From NCBI GenBank assembly GCA_903929315.1, contig CAIYUC010000211.1, forward strand, positions 8,274 to 72,273: 64,000 nt of DNA. The letters are read 5' to 3'. The DNA comes from an uncultured Bacteroidales bacterium. GTDB taxonomy: Bacteria > Bacteroidota > Bacteroidia > Bacteroidales > FEN-979. The notes beneath the pieces are model-generated. The model was not told where the DNA came from, searched no databases, and saw nothing but the letters and a program-made list of their open reading frames with translations. Made by a program: the position numbers and the translations under genes. This document shows, piece by piece, positions 27,697-38,149 of this stretch. The stretch's first letter is position 1, and each line of letters begins with the position of its first letter.

Positions 27697-29934
27697 ATGT
27701 TCCGGATTTCAACTTTACGCAATAATACATTACAAAGATATTCTGCTTCAGCTGCTTTAGCTCTCTTTTTCATCTTTAACCTTCACGTCGAAAAAATGGC
27801 CGGACAAGTAGAACCAACAAGCTATATAAACAACTTGTCACGGGAATATAAAAATGCAAAAAACGATAGCATGAGAATTGAGCTTCTTTCAAAGCTTGCT
27901 TCTTTCTATTTAAATTACATGGATGATTATATCCTTGCCGATAGTATCAGTGAAGCCGCTATTGAAACTGCTGACAAGAGCTCACTTCCCGGACTTCAGT
28001 TTCTTGCCTTGACCAGGTACATCCAATCGAACGATCTTGAAAAGTATCCCGAGAAGGCTTTTGCTCATGCAAAAAGATCTATGGAGCTTTCCAGGAAAAC
28101 CCATAATCCGTTTGATGAATGGCGTTCTCTCAAAAACATGGATACGGTGTGTTTGTCCAACCATGACTCCTCCATGGCTTATGATTTTGCTTCAAAAGCA
28201 ATGATAACTGCCGGGAAATTGAACAATGACAAGTTAAAAGTTGAAAGTTACCTTGACATCGGGAGATGTCTTGAAGATAAAAAAGAGAAATTAGAGGCAT
28301 TAATGAAATATATAAAAGCGAAGGACCTTGCGGAGAGATTGAATGACCCTTCTTTATTGAAGAAATGCTATCATGTTTTGGCAAATTTCTATAGCATGGC
28401 TAAGTTCCTCAATAAAGCGGTTGAATTCAAGGATAGTGAAGATATTCTCGTCCGGAATATCCGTCCGGTTGACTCCACGGCTCTTATGTGGATCCAATAT
28501 GACAGGTTGACGATTGATATTGCCAATAACAACAATCGTATGATCGAAAAAGATTTGCAGTATATTCTTGACTTTGCCATGAGACATGGAGCCCAAAGGC
28601 TGAAAAGATTTGAATTCGCACTCTATCGAACTCATCTTCTCACGGCTAATTCAATTGACCAGCTCTATGACCTTTATAATAAAAAATATCCCTCAGAATT
28701 GAAACAAATGTTGTTAAACGAACCGGCAAGATTTTACCTGCTGAAAGCTTATTTTACTGAAAAAGAAAACAAGACAGATTCCGCCACATATTATTTCAAT
28801 AAAGCCGAACAATTAATGCGCACCCAATCGTCTTTTCTCAGATCTCAGTTTTATTACAGGTTTGCCCAGTTTTTGATCCGGCACGGGCGAAAAATGGAGG
28901 CCATCGATAAACTGCACCAATCGTATAAGCTGGCGAAGGAGGCTGATTACCTGGATAATGAGCTCAGTGCATCCGAACTGCTTGATTCTCTTTATTCTCA
29001 AATAGGAGATTATAAAAATGCCTATATCTGTTCACTGCAAAATAACAAACTGCAAAATAACATATATGAATGGTCAATGAAAGAACAATTGTTCAGGACA
29101 CAGATCGAACATGATGCCCAGCAACATGAGATGGCTGTAGCACTGGAAAAAGAAAAATCCGATAAAGAGATCAAGCAGAAAAAGACAGAAAGAAATATGA
29201 TGGCTGCTGGTATTGGGTTCCTTGTCATACTTTCGTTTGCTATTTACAGGAACTACAGGAACCAGAAAAGATCGAACAAGCTGCTGGACGCTGCAAAGAA
29301 ACAATCCGACGATCTCTTATTAAATATCCTGCCATATGAAACAGCAGAAGAATTAAAGTTGACAGGAACAGCAAAAGCAAAACGGTTTGATGAGGTTACA
29401 GTCATGTTCACAGACTTTAAAGGTTTTACCCAACTCAGTGAAAAAATGGGTGCAGAAGATCTGGTTAAATTGGTAGATTTCTATTTCAGCGAATTCGACA
29501 AGATCATTGCCCGTCATAATATTGAAAAGATCAAGATCATCGGTGATAGTTACATGTGCGCAGGAGGATTACCTATTACTAATAAGTCCCATGCATATGA
29601 TGTGGTTTCTGCTGCACTTGAAATGCAGGAATTCATGAATATCCAGAAAAATGAAAGATGTTCACGCGGGGAAATTTTCTTCGAATTAAGGATTGGTATC
29701 AATACCGGTCACGTGGTGGCTGGTATAGTCGGATTAAAGAAATTCGCTTATGATATCTGGGGCGATTCGGTGAATATTGCATCAAGGATGGAAAGCGGCG
29801 GTGAGACCGGAAAGGTAAATGTCTCCGGGTTTACCTTTGAGTTAATAAAACATCAATTCCATTGCACTCCCAGAGGAAAAATTGAAGCGAAGAACAAAGG
29901 ATTGATTGATATGTATTTTGTGGATATAAAATAA
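27697..29934 (+). CDS. receptor-type class III adenylate cyclase (extracytoplasmic TPR-like helical domain, one TM, cyclase domain)
   Basis: TM MMAAGIGFLVILSFAIY; SDDLLLNILP signalling helix; MFTDFKGFT, KIKIIGDSYM, YDIWGDSVNIASRMES with both metal-binding Asp, Asn/Arg and the ATP-specifying Lys/Asp. Confidence 0.9.
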   Translation: MFRISTLRNNTLQRYSASAALALFFIFNLHVEKMAGQVEPTSYINNLSREYKNAKNDSMRIELLSKLASFYLNYMDDYILADSISEAAIETADKSSLPGLQFLALTRYIQSNDLEKYPEKAFAHAKRSMELSRKTHNPFDEWRSLKNMDTVCLSNHDSSMAYDFASKAMITAGKLNNDKLKVESYLDIGRCLEDKKEKLEALMKYIKAKDLAERLNDPSLLKKCYHVLANFYSMAKFLNKAVEFKDSEDILVRNIRPVDSTALMWIQYDRLTIDIANNNNRMIEKDLQYILDFAMRHGAQRLKRFEFALYRTHLLTANSIDQLYDLYNKKYPSELKQMLLNEPARFYLLKAYFTEKENKTDSATYYFNKAEQLMRTQSSFLRSQFYYRFAQFLIRHGRKMEAIDKLHQSYKLAKEADYLDNELSASELLDSLYSQIGDYKNAYICSLQNNKLQNNIYEWSMKEQLFRTQIEHDAQQHEMAVALEKEKSDKEIKQKKTERNMMAAGIGFLVILSFAIYRNYRNQKRSNKLLDAAKKQSDDLLLNILPYETAEELKLTGTAKAKRFDEVTVMFTDFKGFTQLSEKMGAEDLVKLVDFYFSEFDKIIARHNIEKIKIIGDSYMCAGGLPITNKSHAYDVVSAALEMQEFMNIQKNERCSRGEIFFELRIGINTGHVVAGIVGLKKFAYDIWGDSVNIASRMESGGETGKVNVSGFTFELIKHQFHCTPRGKIEAKNKGLIDMYFVDIK

Positions 29935-29981
29935 TTTTTGGGTGTATTTTTAATCCGGAATAATTTGTTCTGTTAATACCT

Positions 29982-30629
29982 ATGATAATGGCAACAAAAA
30001 AGAAAATAATAACGGTCGAAGATCATGCAATTTTCCGGGAAGGATTGAGACGGATCATTAGTGAAATGGATGATATGGAATTGGTCGGTGAAGCTCCAAA
30101 CGGAGTCGAGTTTTTAAAAATGTTAAAGAAAGTCACTCCCGACCTTGTAATAATGGATATACAAATGCCGGAAATGGATGGTATCGAAGCTACCGAGAAA
30201 GCGCTGCAATTTAATCCATCCCTAAAGATCCTTGTTTTAAGCATGTTCGGTGAGGAAGAATACATTTTTTCAATGGTGGATAAAGGAATATATGGTTTCA
30301 TCCTGAAAAATTCCGATGTGACGGATTTCAAAAAAGCAATTACGAGGGTTTCGGACGGACAACATTACTATTCCGAAGAAGTCATGCAGGTGCTCGTAAA
30401 AAAAGTCAGAGGATACGATACCATGGATAAGATCACCTTCACCCATAAGGAAAATGAAGTCCTGCGATTACTTTGTAAGGGATTGTCAAATGCTGAGATT
30501 GCGGAAAAAATTTTTATCAGCACCCGTACTGTTGAAGGGTACCGGAATAAACTGCTTCAAAAGACAGGCACATCCAATGTTTTGAACCTGGTCATATTTG
30601 CTTTACGGAATAAACTTGTAATTTTATAA
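29982..30629 (+). CDS. NarL/FixJ-family response regulator (receiver + LuxR HTH)
   Basis: VEDHAIFREG, MDIQMPEMDG, LSNAEIAEKIFISTRTVEGYR. Confidence 0.92.
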   Translation: MIMATKKKIITVEDHAIFREGLRRIISEMDDMELVGEAPNGVEFLKMLKKVTPDLVIMDIQMPEMDGIEATEKALQFNPSLKILVLSMFGEEEYIFSMVDKGIYGFILKNSDVTDFKKAITRVSDGQHYYSEEVMQVLVKKVRGYDTMDKITFTHKENEVLRLLCKGLSNAEIAEKIFISTRTVEGYRNKLLQKTGTSNVLNLVIFALRNKLVIL

Positions 30630-30630
30630 C

Positions 30631-31689
30631 ATGATCCATCCTATGAATACCTCCTTCCATGAAAGTGAAGCCCTTTTTAAAACCCTGGTAAAGCATCTTC
30701 CGAATCCTATCCTCATTCATATGGATAGGAAAGTCGTGTTCGCGAATGATTTCATTATACAGATCTTAGGGTATCCAAAAGATGAGATAATAGGAAAGGA
30801 TCTTGCAACGTTGTTAATCGACCCGGTAGATCACGAGAACACCCATTTCTTGTATGACCTTTTTATTAACCCTCGTGTTATTGAGGAGGAAATTGAGATC
30901 CGTACAGTAAGCCAGAAAGTGATCCTGAAAACATTTCTTCTCAGGAACAGCAGGATAAAGTATAAAGGAAGGAATGCCGTCATGACTACGCTTTTTGATA
31001 TTACAGAGCGGAAGAATCTCGAAAGATATGTTCTTGGTAAAGTCATTGAAGCAGAAGAAAAAGAACGGAAGCGATTCGCAGCCGATCTTCATGATGATCT
31101 GGGACCTACTCTGTCCAGCATAAAGCTTCACCTGAGTCTTCTTGAAAACCCTAAGGATCCTGAAACCTTCTTATCAGATCTTAAAATGTGTAAAGAGCTC
31201 CTGAACGATTCTATCGGAAAAATGAGGATCATCGCTAACAACCTGATGCCTCGGCTGATTGACAATTATGGGCTTGAAGCAGCGTTAAATTCCTTTATTA
31301 AAATGATGCAGAAGGAAGGGCAATATACAATTGAATTTATTTCAAACCTGAATGGGAAACGTTTTGCAAAACAAGTTGAATTGCATCTATACAGGATCAT
31401 TTGCGAATTGATCAATAATACCGTCAAGCATTCCGGCGCCACAAAATCCAAAATAAATCTGGATTTTAAAGGGAAAATTCTGATGTTGTATTACGCAGAC
31501 AATGGAAAAGGTTATAAAGTTGAAGAAATTCATGACAGATCAAAAGGAATGGGTATTGACAACATTCTTCAACGGGTAAGCCTGATCAATGGAACTATTA
31601 AATTTCAGAAAAAAGGAGGAAAAATAGAAGTCAGAATAGGAAAGGAAATTGAGCCCTCTGAACTCCCTGAAATGGCAAAAGACAAATGA
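30631..31689 (+). CDS. cytoplasmic PAS-domain histidine kinase (HisKA_3 type)
   Basis: PAS/PAC ending DITERK; EERKRFAADLHDDLG-type H-box (EKERKRFAADLHDDLG); ELINNTVKHS, DNGKG, GMGIDN; no TM. Confidence 0.9.
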   Translation: MIHPMNTSFHESEALFKTLVKHLPNPILIHMDRKVVFANDFIIQILGYPKDEIIGKDLATLLIDPVDHENTHFLYDLFINPRVIEEEIEIRTVSQKVILKTFLLRNSRIKYKGRNAVMTTLFDITERKNLERYVLGKVIEAEEKERKRFAADLHDDLGPTLSSIKLHLSLLENPKDPETFLSDLKMCKELLNDSIGKMRIIANNLMPRLIDNYGLEAALNSFIKMMQKEGQYTIEFISNLNGKRFAKQVELHLYRIICELINNTVKHSGATKSKINLDFKGKILMLYYADNGKGYKVEEIHDRSKGMGIDNILQRVSLINGTIKFQKKGGKIEVRIGKEIEPSELPEMAKDK

Positions 31690-31762
31690 ATTGTTGTAAA
31701 TTTGCACGGGTAAAATATCTTTCCAACTTTAAACAAAATAATAGACTAAAACTACTTATTCG

Positions 31763-32350
31763 ATGAACTTTCAAGGTGCAGAGAAATACATTGTAAGCAG
31801 GTTAAAAAAAGAACTGCCCAACTCCATGTTTTACCATACACTGGAACATACGCTTGATGTCCAGAAGGTAACAAAACAACTGATCAAAAAGGAAAAAATT
31901 GATCCACAGACAGGCTTGATCATTGAAACAGCAGCATTATTCCATGATATAGGAATGCTGATCAATTATAAAGAACATGAACTTGCATCCGTTGAAGTTG
32001 CCAGAAATTCACTTCCACACTATTCCTATTCAACAAAAGAGATCACGGAAATTTGCGACCTTATAATGGTAACCTGTCTTCCGCAACGGCCGGAAACATA
32101 TACAGGCCAGATCCTCTGTGATGCTGATATGGATAACCTGGGTCGGGATGATTTCTTTATTCAGTCATTCAGGCTCAAACTGGAACTGGAAATGAATGGC
32201 ATTGGCACCACAACCATAAAGAAATGGCTGGCAAAACTTGTTCAATTCCTCGAGGAGCATACTTTTTACACAGCATCCGCAATTGAACTGCGACAAGCAA
32301 AAAAAATGCAGAATCTTTCTGAGCTCAGAGAGATCGTCATCCTTTACTAA
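31763..32350 (+). CDS. HD-domain phosphohydrolase
   Basis: YHTLEHTLDV, AALFHDIG, HELAS, ILCDADMDNLG; own -7 box TAAATTTG at 31697-31704. Confidence 0.85.
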   Translation: MNFQGAEKYIVSRLKKELPNSMFYHTLEHTLDVQKVTKQLIKKEKIDPQTGLIIETAALFHDIGMLINYKEHELASVEVARNSLPHYSYSTKEITEICDLIMVTCLPQRPETYTGQILCDADMDNLGRDDFFIQSFRLKLELEMNGIGTTTIKKWLAKLVQFLEEHTFYTASAIELRQAKKMQNLSELREIVILY

Positions 32351-33177
32351 ATATCCCTCCTTAGCATGATCCGGAATACAATTCCAATCATCACTGCAGA
32401 ATAGATTAAGGGAACAATGCAATCCAGAATAGATACTGTATCCTGTAAATGGATTCCCGCAATTTTTTGCAGGGAAGAAATATTTGGATATTCCACGATC
32501 TTAAGAACAGAATTTACGGGCAGACGGGGTGAAATGTTATTGGGTTGGAAATAAGGAATTTTCAAAATGTAATAGATAACAGGCTCAATGATCAAAGTAT
32601 ACAAAGTGAAAAGTGCAATAGTAAGACCTGTATTTCGGAATATAAATCCAAAGAAAAAAGCAAAGAGAAGAAATGTCAGGATTTGAATGAAAAAACCTGG
32701 TACAAAGACAATCTTCTTCATCATCAGAGAAAAATTTGGATGATCCGTATGAATAACTCCAAGGAGAAATATGATTACAGCAAGAATGATTGTAATGATC
32801 AATGATAATAGAATTATGACCTGTAGTTTGGATACCAGGAATTCCTGTTTACTCATGCCATTTATAAGGTTTTGTCGGATGGTCTTGAATGTGAATTCAT
32901 TTGTTATCAGGATGATAATAATAATCGCTGGAAAGATCAGGAAATAGCGGATACTGGCGAAGAACATCATGTTTTGCCAGATATCAGGAAAGAAATAAAG
33001 TGTTATATGAGGCAATGGAATTGGGAGCCTTTTATTGAAATTGTCGATCCAATTATTTAAGGTAAACTCAGCCATGAGGATCCCCAATGCCAGGAAAACA
33101 AAATATAACCCGATCAGGATCCAGAAAACTTTATAGTTCACGATTTTCTTTAGTTCTATTTTTAACAGCTTTATCAT
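32347..33177 (-). CDS. ABC-2 type transporter permease
   Basis: About 6 TMs; ITNEFTFKTIRQNLINGMSK motif; 4-nt overlap with the ATPase gene. Confidence 0.85.
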   Translation of the reverse strand: MIKLLKIELKKIVNYKVFWILIGLYFVFLALGILMAEFTLNNWIDNFNKRLPIPLPHITLYFFPDIWQNMMFFASIRYFLIFPAIIIIILITNEFTFKTIRQNLINGMSKQEFLVSKLQVIILLSLIITIILAVIIFLLGVIHTDHPNFSLMMKKIVFVPGFFIQILTFLLFAFFFGFIFRNTGLTIALFTLYTLIIEPVIYYILKIPYFQPNNISPRLPVNSVLKIVEYPNISSLQKIAGIHLQDTVSILDCIVPLIYSAVMIGIVFRIMLRRDI

Positions 33178-34070
33178 TGATTTTCCTGTAAAAGTTCCAG
33201 AAAATGTTTTTCAAGACTTCTTTGCTTTTCTGAAAGATGAGTAAGAACAATACCATTTCGAAACAGAAATTCATTAATCTCCTGTGGTTTTATTGCCTGC
33301 GTGAAATAAACCAATGATTTCCCATCGGAATGGATTAACGATTTAAAATTTGCATGCGACTGAATCGTTTTATCGAGTAATTCCTGATTTTCTGCAGCAA
33401 TTTCAATACAATCTGCAATAGCAACCACCTCACTGACTTTTCCTGAAAATAATTGTTGTCCTTTGTTCAAAACTGCAACATGGCTGCAAATCTTTTGTAC
33501 CTCATCCAGGAGATGACTGGCAAGGATTATCGTTGTTCCTTTGGAGGCAACCCGGAGAATGATCTCACGGATCTGTGCGATTCCCTGTGGATCAAGACCA
33601 TTCGTGGGTTCGTCAAGGATCAGGACTTCAGGATTTCCAAGCAGGGCCGACGCAACCGCCAGTCGCTGTTTCATTCCATATGAAAAAGTATTGAACCTTG
33701 AATTCCTCCTTTCATACAGACCTGTTATCATTAAAACATCCGGGATACCATCAAAAGATAAATCTTTAATAGATGCGACAATCTCAAGGTTTTTGACAGC
33801 GCTCAGATAGGGGAAAAAATTAGGACTCTCAATAACTGCCCCGATTCTCTTAAGGCTTTTTTTTGAGGGAGCATCACCAAACCACAGGAAGTCGCCTGAA
33901 TCAGCTTTCATCAGGCCAAGCATGATACTTAATGTAGTGGTTTTTCCACTTCCGTTTGGGCCGAGGATACCATAAACCTGGCCTTGCAATACATCGAGGG
34001 ATAGTACTTTTACTGCCTGGATTTTTCCGTATCGTTTGGAAATCTTGTGAAGCGAAAGAACAGATTCCAA
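33174..34070 (-). CDS. ABC transporter ATP-binding protein
   Basis: GPNGSGKTT, FSYGMKQRL, ILDEPTNGLD; TTG start. Confidence 0.92.
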   Translation of the reverse strand: MESVLSLHKISKRYGKIQAVKVLSLDVLQGQVYGILGPNGSGKTTTLSIMLGLMKADSGDFLWFGDAPSKKSLKRIGAVIESPNFFPYLSAVKNLEIVASIKDLSFDGIPDVLMITGLYERRNSRFNTFSYGMKQRLAVASALLGNPEVLILDEPTNGLDPQGIAQIREIILRVASKGTTIILASHLLDEVQKICSHVAVLNKGQQLFSGKVSEVVAIADCIEIAAENQELLDKTIQSHANFKSLIHSDGKSLVYFTQAIKPQEINEFLFRNGIVLTHLSEKQRSLEKHFLELLQENQ

Positions 34071-34149
34071 TCTTTAATTTTTAGAGGATGATTATTTATA
34101 TGATGATAAAGAAATTTCCCTTCAACTATGGACTACAATGAACATTTTC

Positions 34150-34857
34150 CTACCGGTACAGGAGAAAAACAGTCGGTTTTTTATTAATATCCGGGATATC
34201 GTTTTTCCATTCTTTAACTGTTTTTACCTGGATTGATTCTTTTTCAGTAGTCAAATCTGTGGCTGTACACAGGATAATCGCAGTCTGACAGGTTGTAACA
34301 ATCGCGTGAAAAAGCTGGAGATTTCTGTAAGGGGCTTCAATGAATATTTGGGTCTGGTCTTTAGAATATACGGCATTTTCCATTTCTTCTATCTTTTTTG
34401 TCCTTGCTGTTTTTTCAATCGGCAGATAACCATGAAAAATAAAATTTTGCCCATTAAAGCCTGAAGCCATCAGTGCCAGAAAGATAGAAGATGGACCGGA
34501 AAGAGGGACAACTTTAATTTTATGCCTGTGTGCAAGGCGTACAATTTCCGAACCCGGGTCTGCAATACATGGGAAGCCCGCTTCAGAAAGGATACCCATA
34601 TCATGTCCCTGGAGAAGAGGTTCAATATATTGTTCCAAATGTTTTTTATCCGAATGTTCATTGAATAAAAGGAAATGAAAATCATTAAAATCACCCGTCA
34701 CGCCTGTTTTTCGTAAAAAACGCCGGGATGTTTTGATTTCTTCCACTACAAAATGCCGGAGCCTGAGGATACACCTGATATTTGAAGCAGGAAGTGAGTT
34801 TTCAACAGGATCGTCATTTAAAACCGTTGGCAGCAGATATAATGTTCCTTTATCCAT
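34150..34857 (-). CDS. tetrapyrrole-methylase-family SAM-dependent methyltransferase (RsmI-like)
   Basis: SEAGFPCIADPG, PLSGPSSIFLALMASG, FIEAPYRN. Confidence 0.85.
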   Translation of the reverse strand: MDKGTLYLLPTVLNDDPVENSLPASNIRCILRLRHFVVEEIKTSRRFLRKTGVTGDFNDFHFLLFNEHSDKKHLEQYIEPLLQGHDMGILSEAGFPCIADPGSEIVRLAHRHKIKVVPLSGPSSIFLALMASGFNGQNFIFHGYLPIEKTARTKKIEEMENAVYSKDQTQIFIEAPYRNLQLFHAIVTTCQTAIILCTATDLTTEKESIQVKTVKEWKNDIPDINKKPTVFLLYR

Positions 34858-34897
34858 CTTATTTTTTCATATCCTAAACTACACCTTCATTACTTCA

Positions 34898-35869
34898 TTA
34901 CTTTTTTGTGATCCACGGTAACTTATCCAGGTCGACATTCCCGCCTGAAAGGATGATCCCGATCTTCATTTTACTGACTGCAACTTTCTTTTCCAAAATT
35001 GCAGCAAAAGGTACGGCAGCAGAAGGCTCTATCAATATCTTCATTCTTTCCCAGATAAACCGCATAGCCATGACAATCGATTTCTCGCTGACTGTAACGA
35101 TTTGATGAACATTATCCAGGATAATAGGGTAGGTGAGGGTTCCAAGGGAAGTCCTTAAACCGTCAGCGATGGTGTTTGGGTTCACAGATGGAATGAATTT
35201 TTTTTGAGTAAACGAGAGGAATGCATCATTCGCTTGTTCAGGCTCGGCTGCTATGACTCTGGTCTTTGGAGAAAAATACCTGGCAGATAATGCAGTTCCG
35301 CTCAGTAATCCACCGCCACCGACAGGAGCCATCAGAATATCAAGAGCCGGAATTTCTTCAATCAGTTCTTTTGCAGCAGTAGCTTGTCCTGCAATTATGC
35401 GAAGGTCATTATAAGGATGTATTTCGATTGCCCCCGTTTCGGCTATGACCTTTGCCAGTGTTGCTTCCCGTGCTTCAAGTGTCGGCTTACAAAATGTTAT
35501 TGTCCCTAAATAATTTTTGACAGCTTCAACTTTAACTTTTGATGAATTGGATGGCATAACAATGAAAGCTTTCGCTTTTCTTAAAGAGGCCGCCCATGAT
35601 AATGCCTGGGCATGATTCCCGGATGAATGGGTTGCAACACCATTTACCAGCGATGAATTGTCAAGCAAGAAAATTGCATTTGTTGCTCCCCTGGCTTTAA
35701 ATGCTCCTACTTTCTGGAAATTTTCACATTTGAAATAGATCTCACAATGAAAGGCAGCATTGATACTGTGTGAAGTTAAAACAGGAGTTTTGTTGATATG
35801 GTGTTTAATACGATCTGCTGCTTGCAGAATTTTGTTAACATCAGGAAAGTTATAGGCTGGTGACTCCAT
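34898..35869 (-). CDS. PLP-dependent serine racemase / threonine-serine dehydratase family protein
   Basis: KCENFQKVGAFKARGA, HSSGNHAQA, PVGGGGLLSG, EPSAA, LSGGNVD. Confidence 0.88.
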   Translation of the reverse strand: MESPAYNFPDVNKILQAADRIKHHINKTPVLTSHSINAAFHCEIYFKCENFQKVGAFKARGATNAIFLLDNSSLVNGVATHSSGNHAQALSWAASLRKAKAFIVMPSNSSKVKVEAVKNYLGTITFCKPTLEAREATLAKVIAETGAIEIHPYNDLRIIAGQATAAKELIEEIPALDILMAPVGGGGLLSGTALSARYFSPKTRVIAAEPEQANDAFLSFTQKKFIPSVNPNTIADGLRTSLGTLTYPIILDNVHQIVTVSEKSIVMAMRFIWERMKILIEPSAAVPFAAILEKKVAVSKMKIGIILSGGNVDLDKLPWITKK

Positions 35870-35903
35870 GTAACTTTTTTACAGGATACAAAAGGATTTG
35901 GAA

Positions 35904-36374
35904 TTATGATTTATATTGTTCCCGGATCATTTCTGCAATGATTTCACAGGCTTTTTCCAGTTGAATAAATACCTCTTCAAAAGCAGATATTCCATTATAC
36001 CAGGGATCATGAACCGGGATGTTTTGCATCGGATAGAGTACGTTCATCACATAATCGACTTTTTCTTTATCGTTATCATTTCTTGATAACCTCATGGTAT
36101 TATCGAAATGCCAGGCATCCATGACATAAATTTTATCAAAACGATCGAAGTCAGCCCTGGTAAATAACCTTGCCCTGTGATCAGTGATATCGATGTCATG
36201 TTTCCAGGCAATTTTTATTGCGCGTTCATCAGGAAGATCGCCGATGTGAAAGTTTTCAAACCCTGCCGAGTCAATCTCCGCCGTAATACGTTTTTTGCGC
36301 AGTTTATCCTTAAGAATACCTTCGGCCAAAGGGGACCGGCAAATATTACCGGTACAGACAAAGAGCACTTTCAT
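35904..36374 (-). CDS. low-molecular-weight protein-tyrosine phosphatase
   Basis: VCTGNICRSPLAE P-loop; DPWY. Confidence 0.92.
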   Translation of the reverse strand: MKVLFVCTGNICRSPLAEGILKDKLRKKRITAEIDSAGFENFHIGDLPDERAIKIAWKHDIDITDHRARLFTRADFDRFDKIYVMDAWHFDNTMRLSRNDNDKEKVDYVMNVLYPMQNIPVHDPWYNGISAFEEVFIQLEKACEIIAEMIREQYKS

Positions 36375-36396
36375 CGGAGACCTGACGGCGAAGGAT

Positions 36397-37836
36397 TTAT
36401 AATTTGATTTTTTTATCCAATTCTTCTACAAACACCCGGAATTGCTTATCGGTTTCAACAAGGTTATTCACGGTCCTGCATGCATGTAAAACAGTGGCGT
36501 GGTCTTTATTTCCACAATGCAAACCGATACTTGCGAGGGAAGCTTTTGTATGTTTCTTTGAAAAGTACATGGAAAGTTGTCTTGCCTGGACGATCTCTCT
36601 TTTCCTGGTTTTGGAATTGATCATATCAATCGGTATTTTGAAATAATCACAAACAATCTTCTGGATATAATCGATGGATATTTCGCGGGAAGTGTTCTTG
36701 ACGAATTTATCGATCATCTGTTTTGCAAGCTCAAGAGTGATGGTCTTTTTATTGAGAGATGACTGTGCAAGAAGCGAGATCATAGCTCCCTCAAGTTCAC
36801 GGATGTTGGTATTTATACTATAGGCAAGGTATTCGACAACTTCCTTGGAAATCTCAATACCATCGTTGTAAAGCTTCTTATGTAATATGGCAATCCGTGT
36901 TTCGAGGTCCGGTATCTGAAGATCGGCGGATAAACCCCACTTGAACCGTGATAACAAACGTGGTTCAATTCCTTTCATTTCGACCGGAGATTTGTCGGAT
37001 GTAAGAATGATCTGGTTGCTTTTTTGATGCAAATGATTAAAGATGTGAAAGAAAACATCCTGCGTTTTCTCTTTTCCCGCAAGGTTATGAATATCATCGA
37101 TAATCAGGACATCGATCATCTGGTAGAAATGAATGAAATCATTCTGGTTATTGTTCTTTACCGAGTCGATGAATTGATTGATAAATTGGTCTGTTGTAAC
37201 ATACAGGACTGTCTTATCCGGGAAATTATCCTTGACCTGCAGGCCGATAGAATGTGAGAGATGCGTTTTTCCCAAGCCTGTATTGCTGTATATTAACAAA
37301 GGATTGAAGGCGGTCTTGCCGGGATTATTGGCGACAGCATATCCTGCTGAACGGGCCAGACGGTTACAATCTCCCTCGACAAAATTATCGAAGGAATAGC
37401 TTTCGATCAGTTGGGAATTGACCTTGATCTTCTTTAACCCTGGAATAATAAAGGGGTTTGGAATTTCCTTTGATGAACCACGGTTCAAATCAATGGGCAT
37501 TGAAACAGAAGGGTTGGATGTCGGTTTCTTTTCTCCAGCCGGAACATTGATGGAGAACGGGCCTGGATCCTTCTCGGTATTATCCATGATAATACTGTAT
37601 TCCAGCCGGCCCTCATTACCCAATTCCTTTTTAATCGTCTTTTTCAGAAGGCCGATATAATGTTCTTCCATCCATTCATAAAAGAATTGGCTTGGAACCT
37701 GGATAGTGAGAACATTATCCTTTAGCTTTAAAGGTTTTATCGGAAGAAACCATGTTTTGAAACTTTGATAATTGATATTGTCCTTTATTATTTTGAGACA
37801 ATTTCCCCAAATTTCGACCACGTTCTTTTCCATCAA
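36397..37836 (-). CDS. dnaA: chromosomal replication initiator DnaA
   Basis: YSFDNFVEG, NPLLIY..TGLGKTHL, IDDIH, RLLSRF, NIRELEGA, KDHATVLHA. Confidence 0.97.
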   Translation of the reverse strand: MMEKNVVEIWGNCLKIIKDNINYQSFKTWFLPIKPLKLKDNVLTIQVPSQFFYEWMEEHYIGLLKKTIKKELGNEGRLEYSIIMDNTEKDPGPFSINVPAGEKKPTSNPSVSMPIDLNRGSSKEIPNPFIIPGLKKIKVNSQLIESYSFDNFVEGDCNRLARSAGYAVANNPGKTAFNPLLIYSNTGLGKTHLSHSIGLQVKDNFPDKTVLYVTTDQFINQFIDSVKNNNQNDFIHFYQMIDVLIIDDIHNLAGKEKTQDVFFHIFNHLHQKSNQIILTSDKSPVEMKGIEPRLLSRFKWGLSADLQIPDLETRIAILHKKLYNDGIEISKEVVEYLAYSINTNIRELEGAMISLLAQSSLNKKTITLELAKQMIDKFVKNTSREISIDYIQKIVCDYFKIPIDMINSKTRKREIVQARQLSMYFSKKHTKASLASIGLHCGNKDHATVLHACRTVNNLVETDKQFRVFVEELDKKIKL

Positions 37837-38149
37837 TGACTAACCTTCAAAAATTCGTTATTCGACAATTACTATATTATGCGCTTTTTCAAGGTGTTAG
37901 ACTTTGGCCGCAAGTCAAAATCCTTTTTAGGAGGCAATCTTTCAATTAAGTAACAAATATGATAAAAAAAAAATTAAAAAAAAACTTTTTTGGTCATAAT
38001 TTTTTAAAAAATATTTTATGCAAAGTTTCGTCAACCCTTACATCTAAGCGGGTTTGATCTAAGCAGATTTTTTCACCAAGTAGTTACGGATGAATATGTT
38101 AAAAGTGTATATGGGATTTATTTAAAATAGGTATAAATAGCATTATGTC

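Noticed and set aside
27697-32350. Pycsar/CBASS anti-phage system
   Set aside because: The cyclase has ATP-type specificity residues and a receptor ectodomain; no cNMP-binding TM/TIR effector or CD-NTase is adjacent
36397-37836. dnaA not flanked by dnaN/rpmH/gyrB
   Set aside because: Dispersal of these genes is usual in Bacteroidota and not novel
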